52,055 bases of DNA, taken from assembly GCA_964619615.1 (NCBI GenBank), contig CAZUFO010000001.1, positions 1 through 52,055 of the forward strand, written 5' to 3'. The notes beneath the pieces are model-generated. The model was not told the DNA's origin. It made no database searches and saw only the letters and a list, made by a program, of their open reading frames with translations. Origin of the DNA: an uncultured Lutibacter sp. (GTDB taxonomy: Bacteria; Bacteroidota; Bacteroidia; Flavobacteriales; Flavobacteriaceae). Shown here piece by piece: positions 29,177 to 42,746 of the stretch (position 1 is its first letter; each line of letters starts with the position of its first letter). Position numbers and translations under genes: made by a program.

Positions 29177-32100
29177 ATGAAGAAATTAGCAGACATTTTA
29201 TTTTCAACAAGACTTACAGGAATATTGTTTATTGTTTTTGCAGCAGCAATGGGAATCGCTACATTTATTGAAAACGATTACGGTACTCAAACAGCAAAAG
29301 CATTAATTTATAACTCCTGGTGGTTTGAAGCAATTTTTATCTTTTTTGGAATTAATTTTTTTGGAAATATTTTTAGATACAGACTGTATAAAAAAGAAAA
29401 ATGGCCGGTACTATTTTTTCATCTTTCGTTTTTACTCATCATAATTGGCGCTGGCATAACAAGATATGTTAGTTACGAAGGAATTATGCCAATTATTGAA
29501 GGCGAGTCGAGTAATATAATGTATTCAGAAGCTATCTATTTTGAGGTTACTGCACATGACAATAAACAACAAAAAGTTTATACGCCAGAAAAAGTTTTAT
29601 TATCAGCATTAGGAACACCTAGTTATACATTTTCAGATGATTTTAAAGGAACTAATTTCAAATTTAACTTAGTTGCATATACGCCTTTTGCAAAAGAAGT
29701 GTTTGTAGAAGATGAAAACGGAGCTGACTATTTACATTTTGTTGAGTCTACTTCAGGCTCTCGTCATGACCATTATATTAAAAAAGGAACCAGTGAATTA
29801 ATTCACAATGTATTGATTGGTTTTGACAACTTAGGCAACAACTCCATAGATGTTTATTCTGAAGGCAATCAACTTAAAATAAAAACAACATTTGACGGAA
29901 CTTACTTAAGAATGGCTGATCAATTTAACGGAACTATTACAAAAGATTCTGTTCAAGATTTAGCATTATTATCATTACACCAACTAGCAGGTTTGAGTTT
30001 TGTAATTCCAACTCCTTCTATTAAAGGGTCGCATAAAACCGTTAAAGGAATACGCGATGAAAATCCGATAGACCGATTAACTTTTGATGTAACAGTTGGT
30101 GAAGAAACCCAGCAATTAGTAATTAATGGCGGACAATATAATATTGAAAATCCTGAAAGAATTAGTGTTGGCGGTTTAAATTTTAGAGTAAATTACGGCT
30201 CACGTCAATTAACACTTCCATTCCATATTAAGCTACGTGATTTTCAGTTAGAAAATTATCCTGGCTCTCAAAGCCCGATGTCTTATGCAAGTGAAATTAC
30301 GGTAATTGATCCAAAAGAAACCTTTGATTTTAGAATTTACATGAATAATATTCTGAACTACAAAGGTTATAAATTCTTTCAATCGAGTTATAATATTACG
30401 GATGAATATGAAGAGACGAGGCTTTCTGTAAATCATGATTCGTGGGGAACCAACATTACTTATGTGGGTTATTTTATATTGTTTTTAGGGTTGATTTTGA
30501 TACTGTTTGTTAAGAACACACGTTTTTCCTATTTACGAAATAGCCTTAGAAAGATTGAATCTAAAAAAGCCGCTTTAACCTTGGCGCTACTCTTGAGTAT
30601 TAGTTTTGGGTTTTCTCAACATCAGCAACGTCAATTTAACGAAACTCAAATTGATTCCATATTAAATGTAAATGCAGTAGATATCAATCATGCAGATAAG
30701 TTTAGTAGAATAATTATTCAAGATACCGGTGGCCGTATGAAACCAGTTCATACATACGCATCTGAACTTCTTAGAAAAGTTAGCAAAAAAGACACTTACA
30801 AAGGGTTGAATGCAAATCAGGTATTTATTTCAATTCAACAGAACCCACGTTTTTGGTTCAACACACCAATTATCTATATTAAAAAAGACAATACTAAATT
30901 ACGTGATATTATTAGCATTCCTCACGATCAAAAATACGCTCGCCTTTCTGATTTCTTTACAGAAAAAGGAGTCTATAAAATAGCAGAATTACAAGAAAAG
31001 GCTTTCAAGAAAAAAATAAAAAATAAATTTGAAAACAGTGTAATTGATGTCAGCAATCGTGTAAATATCTTTTACGCTGCTGTTTTCGGTAATTTGTTTG
31101 CCATTTTCCCTATACCTGATGATGAAACTAACAAGTGGGTCTCTCAAAACGAATTACACCTTGCAAAATACAGTGGCATAGATTCTGTTTTTGTGAAACA
31201 AATTTTACCGGCCTATTTACAAACCTTATTAGAATCAAAAGAAAATAATGACTACACACAATCTGATGAAATACTAGAAGGCATTATTAAATTTCAACAA
31301 AAATATGGAAGTGAAGTATATCCGAGTGAGCGGAAGATTGACTTAGAAATTTTCTATAACGAGTACGATATTTTCAAAAACCTCTTCTGGCAATATTTGT
31401 TGGCCGGTATTTTCTTATTTATTGTAACTATCATTAATATTTTCAACAGTTCGAAAATTATAAAACTTCTCATCAAAATAGGAAGCATTATAGTGCTACT
31501 TCTTTTTGCGTATCACACAATTGGACTTGGAATCAGATGGTATATTTCTGGACATGTACCTTGGAGTAATGGCTATGAATCTATGATTTACATTGCTTGG
31601 GCTACGATGTTATTTGGTTTGATCTTCGGAAAAAAATCTACATTAACGGTAACAGCAACGGCATTTGTAACTTCAATGATTTTAATGTTTGCGCACATGA
31701 ATTGGATGGATCCTGAAATTGCAAACTTAGTTCCAGTACTAGATTCTTATTGGATAATAATTCACGTTTCTATAATCGTGGCAAGTTATGGTCCGTTTAC
31801 GCTAAGTATGATATTAGGCTTACTAGTATTATTTTTAATGGTAATGACTACTAAAAACAACAAGAAAAAAATTGGCCTCATTATAAAAGAAATTACCATA
31901 ATTAATGAAATGTCGATGACACTTGGTTTAATTCTCTTAATTATAGGTAATTTCTTAGGTGGTATTTGGGCCAATGAAAGTTGGGGGCGATATTGGGGTT
32001 GGGATCCAAAAGAAACCTGGGCGTTGATTAGTATTATGATTTATGCGTTTGTTTTACACACACGTTTAATTCCTGGCTTAAGAGGTCGTTTTACTTTTAA

Positions 32101-32293
32101 TGTATTAGCAATCTTTTCGTTCGCTTCTATTTTAATGACTTATTTAGGTGTAAATCATATGTTATCTGGTTTGCATTCTTACGCACAAGGAGAAGCTGCA
32201 GAAGTGCCAATTCAAATATGGGGATGGTTGTTATTCTCAATTGTTCTAAGCATCGGAGCATATTATAAGTTTAGAAAACATTATAAAAAATAA
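29177..32293 (+). CDS. ccsA: Cytochrome c biogenesis protein, system II CcsB/CcsA fusion
   Basis: WANESWGRYWGWDPKETW (WWD) motif, conserved His residues (FHLSF, SGLHSYA), ResB-like N-terminal half. Confidence 0.93.
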   Translation: MKKLADILFSTRLTGILFIVFAAAMGIATFIENDYGTQTAKALIYNSWWFEAIFIFFGINFFGNIFRYRLYKKEKWPVLFFHLSFLLIIIGAGITRYVSYEGIMPIIEGESSNIMYSEAIYFEVTAHDNKQQKVYTPEKVLLSALGTPSYTFSDDFKGTNFKFNLVAYTPFAKEVFVEDENGADYLHFVESTSGSRHDHYIKKGTSELIHNVLIGFDNLGNNSIDVYSEGNQLKIKTTFDGTYLRMADQFNGTITKDSVQDLALLSLHQLAGLSFVIPTPSIKGSHKTVKGIRDENPIDRLTFDVTVGEETQQLVINGGQYNIENPERISVGGLNFRVNYGSRQLTLPFHIKLRDFQLENYPGSQSPMSYASEITVIDPKETFDFRIYMNNILNYKGYKFFQSSYNITDEYEETRLSVNHDSWGTNITYVGYFILFLGLILILFVKNTRFSYLRNSLRKIESKKAALTLALLLSISFGFSQHQQRQFNETQIDSILNVNAVDINHADKFSRIIIQDTGGRMKPVHTYASELLRKVSKKDTYKGLNANQVFISIQQNPRFWFNTPIIYIKKDNTKLRDIISIPHDQKYARLSDFFTEKGVYKIAELQEKAFKKKIKNKFENSVIDVSNRVNIFYAAVFGNLFAIFPIPDDETNKWVSQNELHLAKYSGIDSVFVKQILPAYLQTLLESKENNDYTQSDEILEGIIKFQQKYGSEVYPSERKIDLEIFYNEYDIFKNLFWQYLLAGIFLFIVTIINIFNSSKIIKLLIKIGSIIVLLLFAYHTIGLGIRWYISGHVPWSNGYESMIYIAWATMLFGLIFGKKSTLTVTATAFVTSMILMFAHMNWMDPEIANLVPVLDSYWIIIHVSIIVASYGPFTLSMILGLLVLFLMVMTTKNNKKKIGLIIKEITIINEMSMTLGLILLIIGNFLGGIWANESWGRYWGWDPKETWALISIMIYAFVLHTRLIPGLRGRFTFNVLAIFSFASILMTYLGVNHMLSGLHSYAQGEAAEVPIQIWGWLLFSIVLSIGAYYKFRKHYKK

Positions 32294-32336
32294 TTGCAAT
32301 TAAGTAACTTTGTAATCTCAAATTCAAAAATACAAT

Positions 32337-32894
32337 ATGTTTAATAAATATATAAAATTAGTAATCGCAGCTGGAATCATTACGTTGGCTATTTTTCAAT
32401 TTATTGATGGCAACATCATGAATGGAATCTCGTTGATTTTTTTAAGTGGAATTTTTATATTTTTCTATTATAAAAATGAATTTATTCTATTGGCGTTTTT
32501 ACAATTACGTAAACAAGACTTTGAAAAATGCCGGAAATGGTTGAGTTACATCAAAAACCCAAGTACTGCATTAATAAAAAAACAAGAAGGCTACTATAAT
32601 TTTCTACAAGGAATTATGGTTTCTCAAACCAATTTAACATTGGCTGAAAAATACTTCAAAAAAGCATTGAGTTTAGGCTTATCAATGGGGCATGATACCG
32701 CAATGGCAAAATTACAATTAGCAGGAATTGCATTATCTAAAAACCGTAAACAAGAAGCAACCAAATTAATGACTGACGCCAAAAAATTAGACAAGCATGG
32801 CATGTTAAAAGATCAAATAAAAATGATGAAAGACCAGATGAAAAAAGCACCTGGCATGAATCATCATCAAATGAGAGGAAGAATTAAGAGATAA
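32337..32894 (+). CDS. Conserved membrane-anchored helical protein (DUF2892/TPR-like)
   Basis: Two N-terminal TM segments followed by TPR-like helices. Confidence 0.65.
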   Translation: MFNKYIKLVIAAGIITLAIFQFIDGNIMNGISLIFLSGIFIFFYYKNEFILLAFLQLRKQDFEKCRKWLSYIKNPSTALIKKQEGYYNFLQGIMVSQTNLTLAEKYFKKALSLGLSMGHDTAMAKLQLAGIALSKNRKQEATKLMTDAKKLDKHGMLKDQIKMMKDQMKKAPGMNHHQMRGRIKR

Positions 32895-32920
32895 GGTTAA
32901 AAGTTACATTTAAACAGAGC

Positions 32921-32949
32921 AAAGGCGATGGGATTCCATCGCCTTTTTT
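32921..32949. terminator. Intrinsic terminator
   Basis: AAAGGCGATGG-gatt-CCATCGCCTTTTTT. Confidence 0.85.
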
Positions 32950-32962
32950 GTTTTAATAGCTT

Positions 32963-34681
32963 CTAATCAATACTTATCAATTCTAAATTCTCTTGATATT
33001 GAATTAAAAAGACACCATTATTTTCTGTACTACCAAATAGTTTTTTAGAATAATCGAACTTTGTAATTACACGTTCAGAAACACCAAGTTTAGCGCCCTC
33101 ATTAAAATCGTCTGAATTTGACAAGCGCATTAATGCATCATACGTTACATCAAAACCTCTAGTCGCAAAAACAGAAGGTCGCACATGGTTTTTTGATTTA
33201 TACATTTTTTGAAAAATTCGCAATTCAGCACTTGAAACATCTGTAAATTCAACAGCTGGAAACGTATAACTTAATCTTGCTAATTGATTGTTACTAACAG
33301 TTTTAAAATTAGCTCCTTTGTTAAAGCCAAATAAGCGAATAACTCTTTTTTCATAAGGCATTACCCCTAAATTATTTACCACATCTGCAGTAACAATATT
33401 ATCATCGCTTGCTAAAATTACCCAATTATTTTTTTGAAGCGCATCAATAACTTTAATAAATCGTTTTTTAGAAATATATCCATCTTTTGGCTTTAAAATG
33501 GTAATATCATTAATAGTATTTGCTCTTAATTTAGCCAGTAACTGATTAACCTTTGAAGATGAAGCGTTACTATTATCGCCAACAATAATTACTTTTTCAC
33601 CATCATAAGATTCTAATAAATAATTGAGTAATTTTTCTTCTAATAAAATTTTATTCGGAGCAACTTTTACCAAATTAGCATCCGAAATAAACGCTTGATT
33701 TTTAGAATACATAGGTGCAATTACAGGAATTTCAACTGCTTTTGAAACTTGCTTTGCATTCTTTAAAAATAATGGACCAACAATTACATCAACATTTTCA
33801 AAATTATAATTTCTTAAAATTGAAGCAATTTTATTGGAACTGTTTTGAGTATCAATAACATCAATAGTTATACTCATTCCTTGTTTTCGAAGTGAATCTA
33901 TAGCAATTAAAGCTCCAGCATGAAAATCTGTAACAATATTTAATAAGCTGTTATTCCATTTAAATGCAGGATTATCAATAGCAATAGAATTTAATTTATA
34001 AGGTAACATCAAAACAATATTCAAAGGTTTATCTGTAATTTCATCAGCAAATAAATTCAAATTTCTCTCTATTTCTTCAGATGATTTTTCGCCTATCTTA
34101 ATATTCATTCCTAGATTCAATCCATCTTTCAAAGCAGGGTTCATTTCGAACAATTCTTCCTCAGAAATATTATATTTTTTGGTCAAATTATATACCGTGT
34201 CATCTTTAACAACAAGATGCATAATTGCATTTGGATCAACAACTTCTGCTGTAACTTCAACAACTTCTATTTCTGTTTCTGTTTCTGTTTCTGTTTTAGT
34301 TGGAATCTGTATTATTCTTCCAGCACTTAAATTATCACCAGTTAAGTTATTTATTTCCTTAATTGCATCAACTGTCACTCCATATTTTTGAGCAATACTA
34401 AATAAAGTTTCCTTTTTTTGAACCGTATGAAAACCATCATCAACTCCTTGATTAGCAGCATAACTTTTATTCGGAATGATAATAACTGTATTTGGTTTTG
34501 GCTTTTTAGAAACATCAGGGTTTAAACGCAATAATACTTTTGTTTTTAAACCATTTTCTTTTGCAATACTCTTTATGGTTTCGCCTTGTTTTACGGTATA
34601 AGAAATGTATTTTTTTTGCTGACCACAAGTTGTTAATGTGGCAATAAATAATAGTAAAAAAAGCATTTTTATATTCTTCAT
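32963..34681 (-). CDS. LysM-repeat protein with C-terminal periplasmic-binding-protein type 1 domain
   Basis: Three LysM repeats (YTVKQGETI.SIA, HTVQKKETLFSIA, HLVVKDDTVYNL); IVLMLPY, IVGPLF. Confidence 0.85.
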   Translation of the reverse strand: MKNIKMLFLLLFIATLTTCGQQKKYISYTVKQGETIKSIAKENGLKTKVLLRLNPDVSKKPKPNTVIIIPNKSYAANQGVDDGFHTVQKKETLFSIAQKYGVTVDAIKEINNLTGDNLSAGRIIQIPTKTETETETEIEVVEVTAEVVDPNAIMHLVVKDDTVYNLTKKYNISEEELFEMNPALKDGLNLGMNIKIGEKSSEEIERNLNLFADEITDKPLNIVLMLPYKLNSIAIDNPAFKWNNSLLNIVTDFHAGALIAIDSLRKQGMSITIDVIDTQNSSNKIASILRNYNFENVDVIVGPLFLKNAKQVSKAVEIPVIAPMYSKNQAFISDANLVKVAPNKILLEEKLLNYLLESYDGEKVIIVGDNSNASSSKVNQLLAKLRANTINDITILKPKDGYISKKRFIKVIDALQKNNWVILASDDNIVTADVVNNLGVMPYEKRVIRLFGFNKGANFKTVSNNQLARLSYTFPAVEFTDVSSAELRIFQKMYKSKNHVRPSVFATRGFDVTYDALMRLSNSDDFNEGAKLGVSERVITKFDYSKKLFGSTENNGVFLIQYQENLELISID

Positions 34682-34741
34682 ATATTTCTGATGATTAGGG
34701 TTCTTACTAATTATTCATTTTATTTATCAATTATTCATTGA

Positions 34742-36274
34742 TTATTCCCACTCAATTGTCGCTGGCGGTTTTGAACTGATGTCATACACTACTCTATTAA
34801 CGCCTTTTACGTTATTTATTATTTTATTGGATGTTTCTTGTAAAAATTTATAAGGTAAATCTACCCAATCAGCTGTCATTCCATCTACAGATTCAACCGC
34901 ACGTAAGGCGACACACTTTTCATAAGTACGTTCATCACCCATCACTCCTACGGAGTTCACTGGTAATAACATGGCTCCTGCTTGCCAAACTTTATCGTAC
35001 AAATTCCATCTTTTCAATCCGTTTACAAAAATAGCATCTACTTCTTGTAACATTCTCACTTTCTCAGCAGTAATATCTCCTAAAATCCGAATTCCTAAAC
35101 CTGGTCCTGGAAAAGGATGACGACCTAATAATTCTGCATCAATTCCCAAAGATTTTCCAACTCTACGAACCTCATCTTTAAAAATCATTCGCAACGGCTC
35201 TACAATTTTTAGTTTCATAAAATCTGGCAAACCACCAACATTATGATGACTTTTAATGGTTGCACTTGGTCCACCTGTTGCCGAAACAGATTCAATCACA
35301 TCAGGATAAATGGTGCCTTGCGCTAAAAATTTTACATTTTCTATTTTGTGTGATTCATCATCAAATACTTCGATAAAAACGCGTCCAATTATTTTACGTT
35401 TTCCTTCAGGATCACTTTCTCCTTTTAATTCAGACAAAAAGCGTTCCGAAGCATCCACTCCTTTTACGTTTAAACCCATTCCTTCGTATTGTTTTAATAC
35501 GCTTTCGAATTCGTTTTTACGCAATAATCCATTATTTACAAAAACACAATGCAAATTTTTACCGATTGCCTTATCCAACAATACCGCAGCAACTGTTGAA
35601 TCTACACCGCCAGATAATCCTAAAATAACTTTATCATTCCCTATTTTTTCTTTCAAAGCAGCAACTGTTGTATCAACAAAAGAGTCTGGTGTCCAATCTT
35701 GATTTAATCCTGAGATTTTTACCAAGAAATTTTCTAATAATTTACTTCCATCCGTAGAATGATATACTTCAGGGTGAAACTGAATCGCATAAGTTTCTTC
35801 GCCTTCAACTTTATACGCTGCATTTTCTACATCTTCTGTACTGGCAATCATTTTATAATTTAATGGCAATGATAAAATAGTATCAGAATGACTCATCCAA
35901 ACTTGTGATCCTTGATTGATTCCTTCAAACAAAGTTTCTTCACTATTTAAATACGTTAAATGAGCTCTACCATATTCTCTGGTATTAGATTGCCCAACTT
36001 CACCATCATAAAAATGAGCCAAATACTGAGCTCCATAACAAACACCCAATAATGGAATCTTTCCTTTAATTTCTGATAAATCTAGATGTGGTGCTTCTTC
36101 ACTACGAACAGAATGTGGGCTTCCAGAAAGGATTACAGCTTTGTAATCTTTAACGTTAAACTTTTTGCTATTATAAGGGTGTATTTCACTGTATATATTG
36201 AGTTCTCTAACTCTACGTGCAATTAATTGTGTAAACTGCGATCCGAAATCTAAAATAAGTACTTTGTGTTGCAT
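34742..36274 (-). CDS. guaA: GMP synthase (glutamine-hydrolysing)
   Basis: [44 protein letters not shown]. Confidence 0.98.
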   Translation of the reverse strand: MQHKVLILDFGSQFTQLIARRVRELNIYSEIHPYNSKKFNVKDYKAVILSGSPHSVRSEEAPHLDLSEIKGKIPLLGVCYGAQYLAHFYDGEVGQSNTREYGRAHLTYLNSEETLFEGINQGSQVWMSHSDTILSLPLNYKMIASTEDVENAAYKVEGEETYAIQFHPEVYHSTDGSKLLENFLVKISGLNQDWTPDSFVDTTVAALKEKIGNDKVILGLSGGVDSTVAAVLLDKAIGKNLHCVFVNNGLLRKNEFESVLKQYEGMGLNVKGVDASERFLSELKGESDPEGKRKIIGRVFIEVFDDESHKIENVKFLAQGTIYPDVIESVSATGGPSATIKSHHNVGGLPDFMKLKIVEPLRMIFKDEVRRVGKSLGIDAELLGRHPFPGPGLGIRILGDITAEKVRMLQEVDAIFVNGLKRWNLYDKVWQAGAMLLPVNSVGVMGDERTYEKCVALRAVESVDGMTADWVDLPYKFLQETSNKIINNVKGVNRVVYDISSKPPATIEWE

Positions 36275-36643
36275 GCGCAAAAATAATATTTAAATAACAA
36301 ATACAATACACTTTTTTAATAACAATATTACCTAGCCAAAAGTAAGAATGAAAGATTTATTATGACCAAGATTAAATCTGCGTTTTTTGTTAGTTTTCAA
36401 TTATAAAACTCAATATTATATTGTTTTCTCCATCCAAAATCATCACTTTTAAAAGCCTTTTGTTTTTTTGAAACTTATTTAAACAGGAACAATATTCGTC
36501 CCTGTTTTAAAGTGATTTTAAATCGTTTTAAGACACTTTAGCACTCTCAACAATTTGTTAACAACTCCAAATAAGGCCATGGTTTTCACTTAATAAAAGG
36601 GGTTGAATTTTGTATCTTTGTCTGTATTCAAAAAAACAAATAA

Positions 36644-38590
<1,947 letters not shown>

Positions 38591-38627
38591 ATCATCTTAA
38601 ATTCCTGACAAAGGGAAGGACTTAATA

Positions 38628-38662
38628 AGAAGCGTTCATTTTAAAAAAATGGACGCTTTTTT
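38628..38662 (+). terminator. Putative terminator after gyrB
   Basis: AAGCGTTCATTT..AAATGGACGCTTTTT. Confidence 0.65.
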
Positions 38663-38755
38663 ATTACACTAAATTTCAATTAATTAGTCTATAATCGATT
38701 TCAAATTCATTAAATTTGCATTTTAAAAATTTCATCAATCATAAAAAACATACAA

Positions 38756-39682
38756 ATGAAAGTAACAGTAGTAGGTGCAGGTGCAGTTGGAGCAAGTTGC
38801 GCAGAATATATAGCAATTAAAGATTACGCATCAGAAGTAGTTATCTTAGATATTAAAGAAGGATTTGCTGAAGGAAAAGCAATGGACTTAATGCAAACCG
38901 CTTCCTTAAACGGTTTTGACACAAAAATTATTGGGACAACTAGTGATTATTCTCAAACAGCAGGAAGTGATGTTGCTGTTATAACAAGTGGAATTCCGCG
39001 CAAACCTGGAATGACTCGTGAAGAATTAATTGGCATCAATGCAGGTATTGTAAAAATGGTTACAGCAAGTTTAATTGAGCATTCACCGAATGTTATTATT
39101 ATTGTGGTTAGTAATCCAATGGATACAATGACTTATTTAGCGCACAAATCAACTGGAATATCAAAAAATAGAATTATTGGTATGGGTGGCGCTTTAGATT
39201 CTGCGCGTTTTAAATACAGATTGGCAGAAGCATTAGATGCTCCGATTTCTGATATTGATGGAATGGTAATTGGTGGTCATAGTGACAAAGGAATGATTCC
39301 TTTAACAAGACTAGCAACAAGAAACAGTCTAAATGTTACTGAATTTTTATCTAAAGAACGATTAGAACAAGTTGCAGCAGACACAAAAGTTGGAGGTGCT
39401 ACTTTAACAGGGTTATTAGGCACAAGCGCATGGTATGCTCCTGGAGCAGCAGTATCAGAAATGGTAAAAGCAATTGCATTGGATTCTAAAAAAATGTTTC
39501 CTTGTTCAACATTATTAGATGGCGAATATGGACAAAGCGATATTTGTATCGGAGTACCAGTTATTATTGGTAAAGGTGGAATTGAAAAAATAGTTGAGAT
39601 TGAATTAAATGATACTGAAAAAGAACAGTTTGCAGTAAGCGCTGAAGGCGTAAGAAAAACAAACGGTTTGTTGAATTTCTAA
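38756..39682 (+). CDS. mdh: Malate dehydrogenase (LDH-like)
   Basis: VVGAGAVG, PRKPGMTR, VSNPMD, LDSARF, GGH. Confidence 0.96.
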   Translation: MKVTVVGAGAVGASCAEYIAIKDYASEVVILDIKEGFAEGKAMDLMQTASLNGFDTKIIGTTSDYSQTAGSDVAVITSGIPRKPGMTREELIGINAGIVKMVTASLIEHSPNVIIIVVSNPMDTMTYLAHKSTGISKNRIIGMGGALDSARFKYRLAEALDAPISDIDGMVIGGHSDKGMIPLTRLATRNSLNVTEFLSKERLEQVAADTKVGGATLTGLLGTSAWYAPGAAVSEMVKAIALDSKKMFPCSTLLDGEYGQSDICIGVPVIIGKGGIEKIVEIELNDTEKEQFAVSAEGVRKTNGLLNF

Positions 39683-39703
39683 AAGCCTTCAAAAATAAAA
39701 TTC

Positions 39704-39738
39704 AAAAGCCTCATCAGGATAATCTGATGAGGCTTTTT
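39704..39738. terminator. Bidirectional terminator
   Basis: AAAAGCCTCATCAG..CTGATGAGGCTTTT. Confidence 0.85.
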
Positions 39739-39766
39739 AGAACTAGTCAATGTATGTTATTTCTAA

Positions 39767-42616
39767 TTAATTCTTTGGATTTTGTATTCCTAAAATAAAT
39801 CCATCAGATAAATATTTTTTAGCGACTTCTTGTATATCAGCCTTTGTAAGTTCTTCTAATTCTTTTTCGAATTCAAAAACACGTTGACTATCAACCTTTT
39901 TATAATCGGTAGCCTTTAAATAACTCAACCAAAATCTATTCTTTTTTAGATTTTCTTTGTATTCTAAAAGTTGCGACTCCTTAATTTTTGCCAAATCTTT
40001 ATCAGTAGGCCCATTTTTTACAATCTCTTGAACTTCCATTAATGCAGCATCTTTTAACTTAGTTACGTTTTCTGGCCCGCAAGGAAATGAAATTCTAAAA
40101 CTAAACCATCCATAAGGCATGTCGCTAATACTTCCTCTTGCTCCAACACCATAAACGCCTCCTTCCTCTTCTCTTAATTTTTCAATTAATTTAATTGATA
40201 AAATCTCCCCAAGACTACTAAATGCTTTTGCTTCCTTTTTATCAAAAATTGTTTCACCTTGATAAATAATTTGGACCGTACTTTTTTGGTCTTCACCTAT
40301 TTCAACAATTTTTTCATGCGAACCAGTTAACTGTCTATAAGATGAAACAGCAAAAGTTTCATTTGAATCTTTACCTGGTAAACTCGCAATGTATTTTAGT
40401 GAATATTCTATCAATTTTTGCTCATCAATATTACCAACAAAGTAAAAATTGAAATCACCAGCATCCGCAAAACGCTCTAGATATTTAGCATACGCTAAAT
40501 CATAATCACTTGCATCCATTTTTTCAGCCGTTGGAAAACCTAAATATCTTGGATTATCTTCATTAAGAAATTTACCCATTTCGTTTTGAAAATATGTTTG
40601 AGGGTTAGATAATAGACTTGTTAAAAACCCTTTCTGTTTACTCAAAAATGAATTATACGCCTTTTCGTCTTTATTTAATTCAGTAAAGTACAAATGCGTT
40701 AATTGAAATAAGGTTTCTAAATCTTTTGGGGTTGATGAGCCTGAAAAATTTTCGCTAAGACCACCAATACTAGGTCTAACTCTCACAATTTTACCAGACA
40801 TCATTTTGCTTAAATCTACTTTTGAAAACCCACCAACTCCAGCTTCAGTTAAACCTCCATTTGCAAAACCAATTGTTTTAATTTCTTCTGTAGAATATAA
40901 TGATGTGCCTCCGAAACTAAATGCTTGAAATAATATTTCGTCATTTTTAAAGTCTGTTTTCTTATAGGTTACGGTTGCTCCATTTCCTAATATTAAAGTT
41001 ACAGTTCCTAATTTATCATCTTTACTCGCTCCAACAATTGTACCCATTGCTGGTAAGTTTGTAATTAGAGAACTAGCAACAACTTTATCTTCATACGGTT
41101 TTAACTCTCCTGAACTTACCTCTGCTAAAACAGCCTTCACTTGATCTTCAGTAACTTTAACAAGCCCTTCTTTTTCTGGCCCTGTTAAAACAATTACTCT
41201 GTTTGTATCTCTTAAATAATCATTAACCAAATTATTTACTTCAGATAGAGTAATTGAAGGTAAGTTTTCTTTATAAAAATCAAATTCCCAAGTTATTCCA
41301 GGTATTGCTTCTGACTCTAAAAAATTACGAACATACTCACCAACCAATCTATTAGATTCTGTTTTATCTTTATCATTAAAACTTTTCTCCATTCGGGCGA
41401 ATAAACTTTTCTTTGCTCTATCTAATTCGCCTTGTTGAAAACCAAATCTTTTTACGCGCTCACTCTCTTCAAGCAAAGATTTTAAAGCATTTAACTGCCC
41501 TTCAGGACTAGAAATTGCAAATGACTGATACGCTTCTTTTGTTCTAGCCCATGTACCTCCATGATTTGTTGCTCCAAAAACAAAAGGAGGATTTTCACCA
41601 TTTCTCAATTCATCTAAACGGTTATTTATCATTTGAGAGAACAACGCATTTACAACGCTTTTTCTATAATCACTATTCGTAACATCTGGTTTTGACTCCA
41701 TCAAATCCATAATAATAACCTGTACTTGAGCAAATTGTGCTTCTTTATCAGATTCAATAGCAATAAACGTTTCATCATGATTTTCTACTAGAAACACCTC
41801 TCTTTTTCTAGGGTTCTCAGCAGCAGGAATTCTACCAAAATGGGTTTTTATTTTTTCTTCTAAAATATCAACATCTACATCACCTACTGCAATAACAGCC
41901 ATTAAATCTGGGCGATACCAATCTTTATAATATTTTCGTAAACTTTCATGGTCAAAATTTTCCAAGTTTTCTTTCGTTCCAATAGGCAATCTATCCGCAT
42001 ACTTTGAACCGTACATAACTTTTGGTAAGTACTTTTGCATCATGCGCTCATTTGCACCTTGCCCTAATCTAAACTCTTCTAAAACAACACCTCGCTCACT
42101 GTCAATTTGTTCACCTGTTAATAGTACATTATGTGCCCAATCTTCTAAAATTTGGAAACCCATTTCTAATTTCTCTGGATCTTCACTCGGTATTGGTAAT
42201 ATATAAACCGTTTCATCAAAACTTGTGTAAGCATTTAAATGAGCTCCAAATTTCACTCCGATGCTTTGTAGATAATCTACTAATTCATTTTTCTTGAAAT
42301 TTTTGGTACCGTTAAAACTCATATGCTCCATAAAATGAGCCAAGCCTAATTGGTCATCATCTTCTAATATAGATCCTGCATTAATAACCAAGCGAAGTTC
42401 AACCTTGTTTTCTGGTTTACCGTTATTTCTAATATAATAGGTAAGCCCGTTGCTTAATTTCCCTATTCGAACGGAAGCATCTACTGGTATTATTTCAGTT
42501 TCTACTTGTTGTTCTACTTTATTTTGGGAATTTTCTTTTGTTGAAACAACAGTTTTTTGAGTATCGCAAGCAGATATCATCATTACTGCACCTAACACAA
42601 TAAGATACTTTTTCAT
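39767..42616 (-). CDS. M16 family zinc peptidase (PqqL-like) lipoprotein
   Basis: Lipobox ISAC; GLAHFMEHM.FNGT (HXXEH), NAYTSFDETVY, LREEEGGVY. Confidence 0.92.
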   Translation of the reverse strand: MKKYLIVLGAVMMISACDTQKTVVSTKENSQNKVEQQVETEIIPVDASVRIGKLSNGLTYYIRNNGKPENKVELRLVINAGSILEDDDQLGLAHFMEHMSFNGTKNFKKNELVDYLQSIGVKFGAHLNAYTSFDETVYILPIPSEDPEKLEMGFQILEDWAHNVLLTGEQIDSERGVVLEEFRLGQGANERMMQKYLPKVMYGSKYADRLPIGTKENLENFDHESLRKYYKDWYRPDLMAVIAVGDVDVDILEEKIKTHFGRIPAAENPRKREVFLVENHDETFIAIESDKEAQFAQVQVIIMDLMESKPDVTNSDYRKSVVNALFSQMINNRLDELRNGENPPFVFGATNHGGTWARTKEAYQSFAISSPEGQLNALKSLLEESERVKRFGFQQGELDRAKKSLFARMEKSFNDKDKTESNRLVGEYVRNFLESEAIPGITWEFDFYKENLPSITLSEVNNLVNDYLRDTNRVIVLTGPEKEGLVKVTEDQVKAVLAEVSSGELKPYEDKVVASSLITNLPAMGTIVGASKDDKLGTVTLILGNGATVTYKKTDFKNDEILFQAFSFGGTSLYSTEEIKTIGFANGGLTEAGVGGFSKVDLSKMMSGKIVRVRPSIGGLSENFSGSSTPKDLETLFQLTHLYFTELNKDEKAYNSFLSKQKGFLTSLLSNPQTYFQNEMGKFLNEDNPRYLGFPTAEKMDASDYDLAYAKYLERFADAGDFNFYFVGNIDEQKLIEYSLKYIASLPGKDSNETFAVSSYRQLTGSHEKIVEIGEDQKSTVQIIYQGETIFDKKEAKAFSSLGEILSIKLIEKLREEEGGVYGVGARGSISDMPYGWFSFRISFPCGPENVTKLKDAALMEVQEIVKNGPTDKDLAKIKESQLLEYKENLKKNRFWLSYLKATDYKKVDSQRVFEFEKELEELTKADIQEVAKKYLSDGFILGIQNPKN

Positions 42617-42746
42617 ATAATTTATTTATTTTAAAATTTCGGGTTAAAAATACCTCATTTTTTTTAATACATTAAAACTTATATGTAATTAATTTTGAGG
42701 TCTTCTCTTTAAATCTATTAACCTTTTGTTTCTGAAATCTTTAATT

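Noticed and set aside
36290-36640. oriC or purine riboswitch in the guaA-gyrB spacer
   Set aside because: No clear DnaA-box cluster; guaA appears leaderless, leaving no room for a riboswitch; only one weak hairpin near 36480-36510
38591-38625. Possible degenerate repeat after gyrB (..AAAGGGAAGGAC..)
   Set aside because: Single copy in the window; cannot be supported
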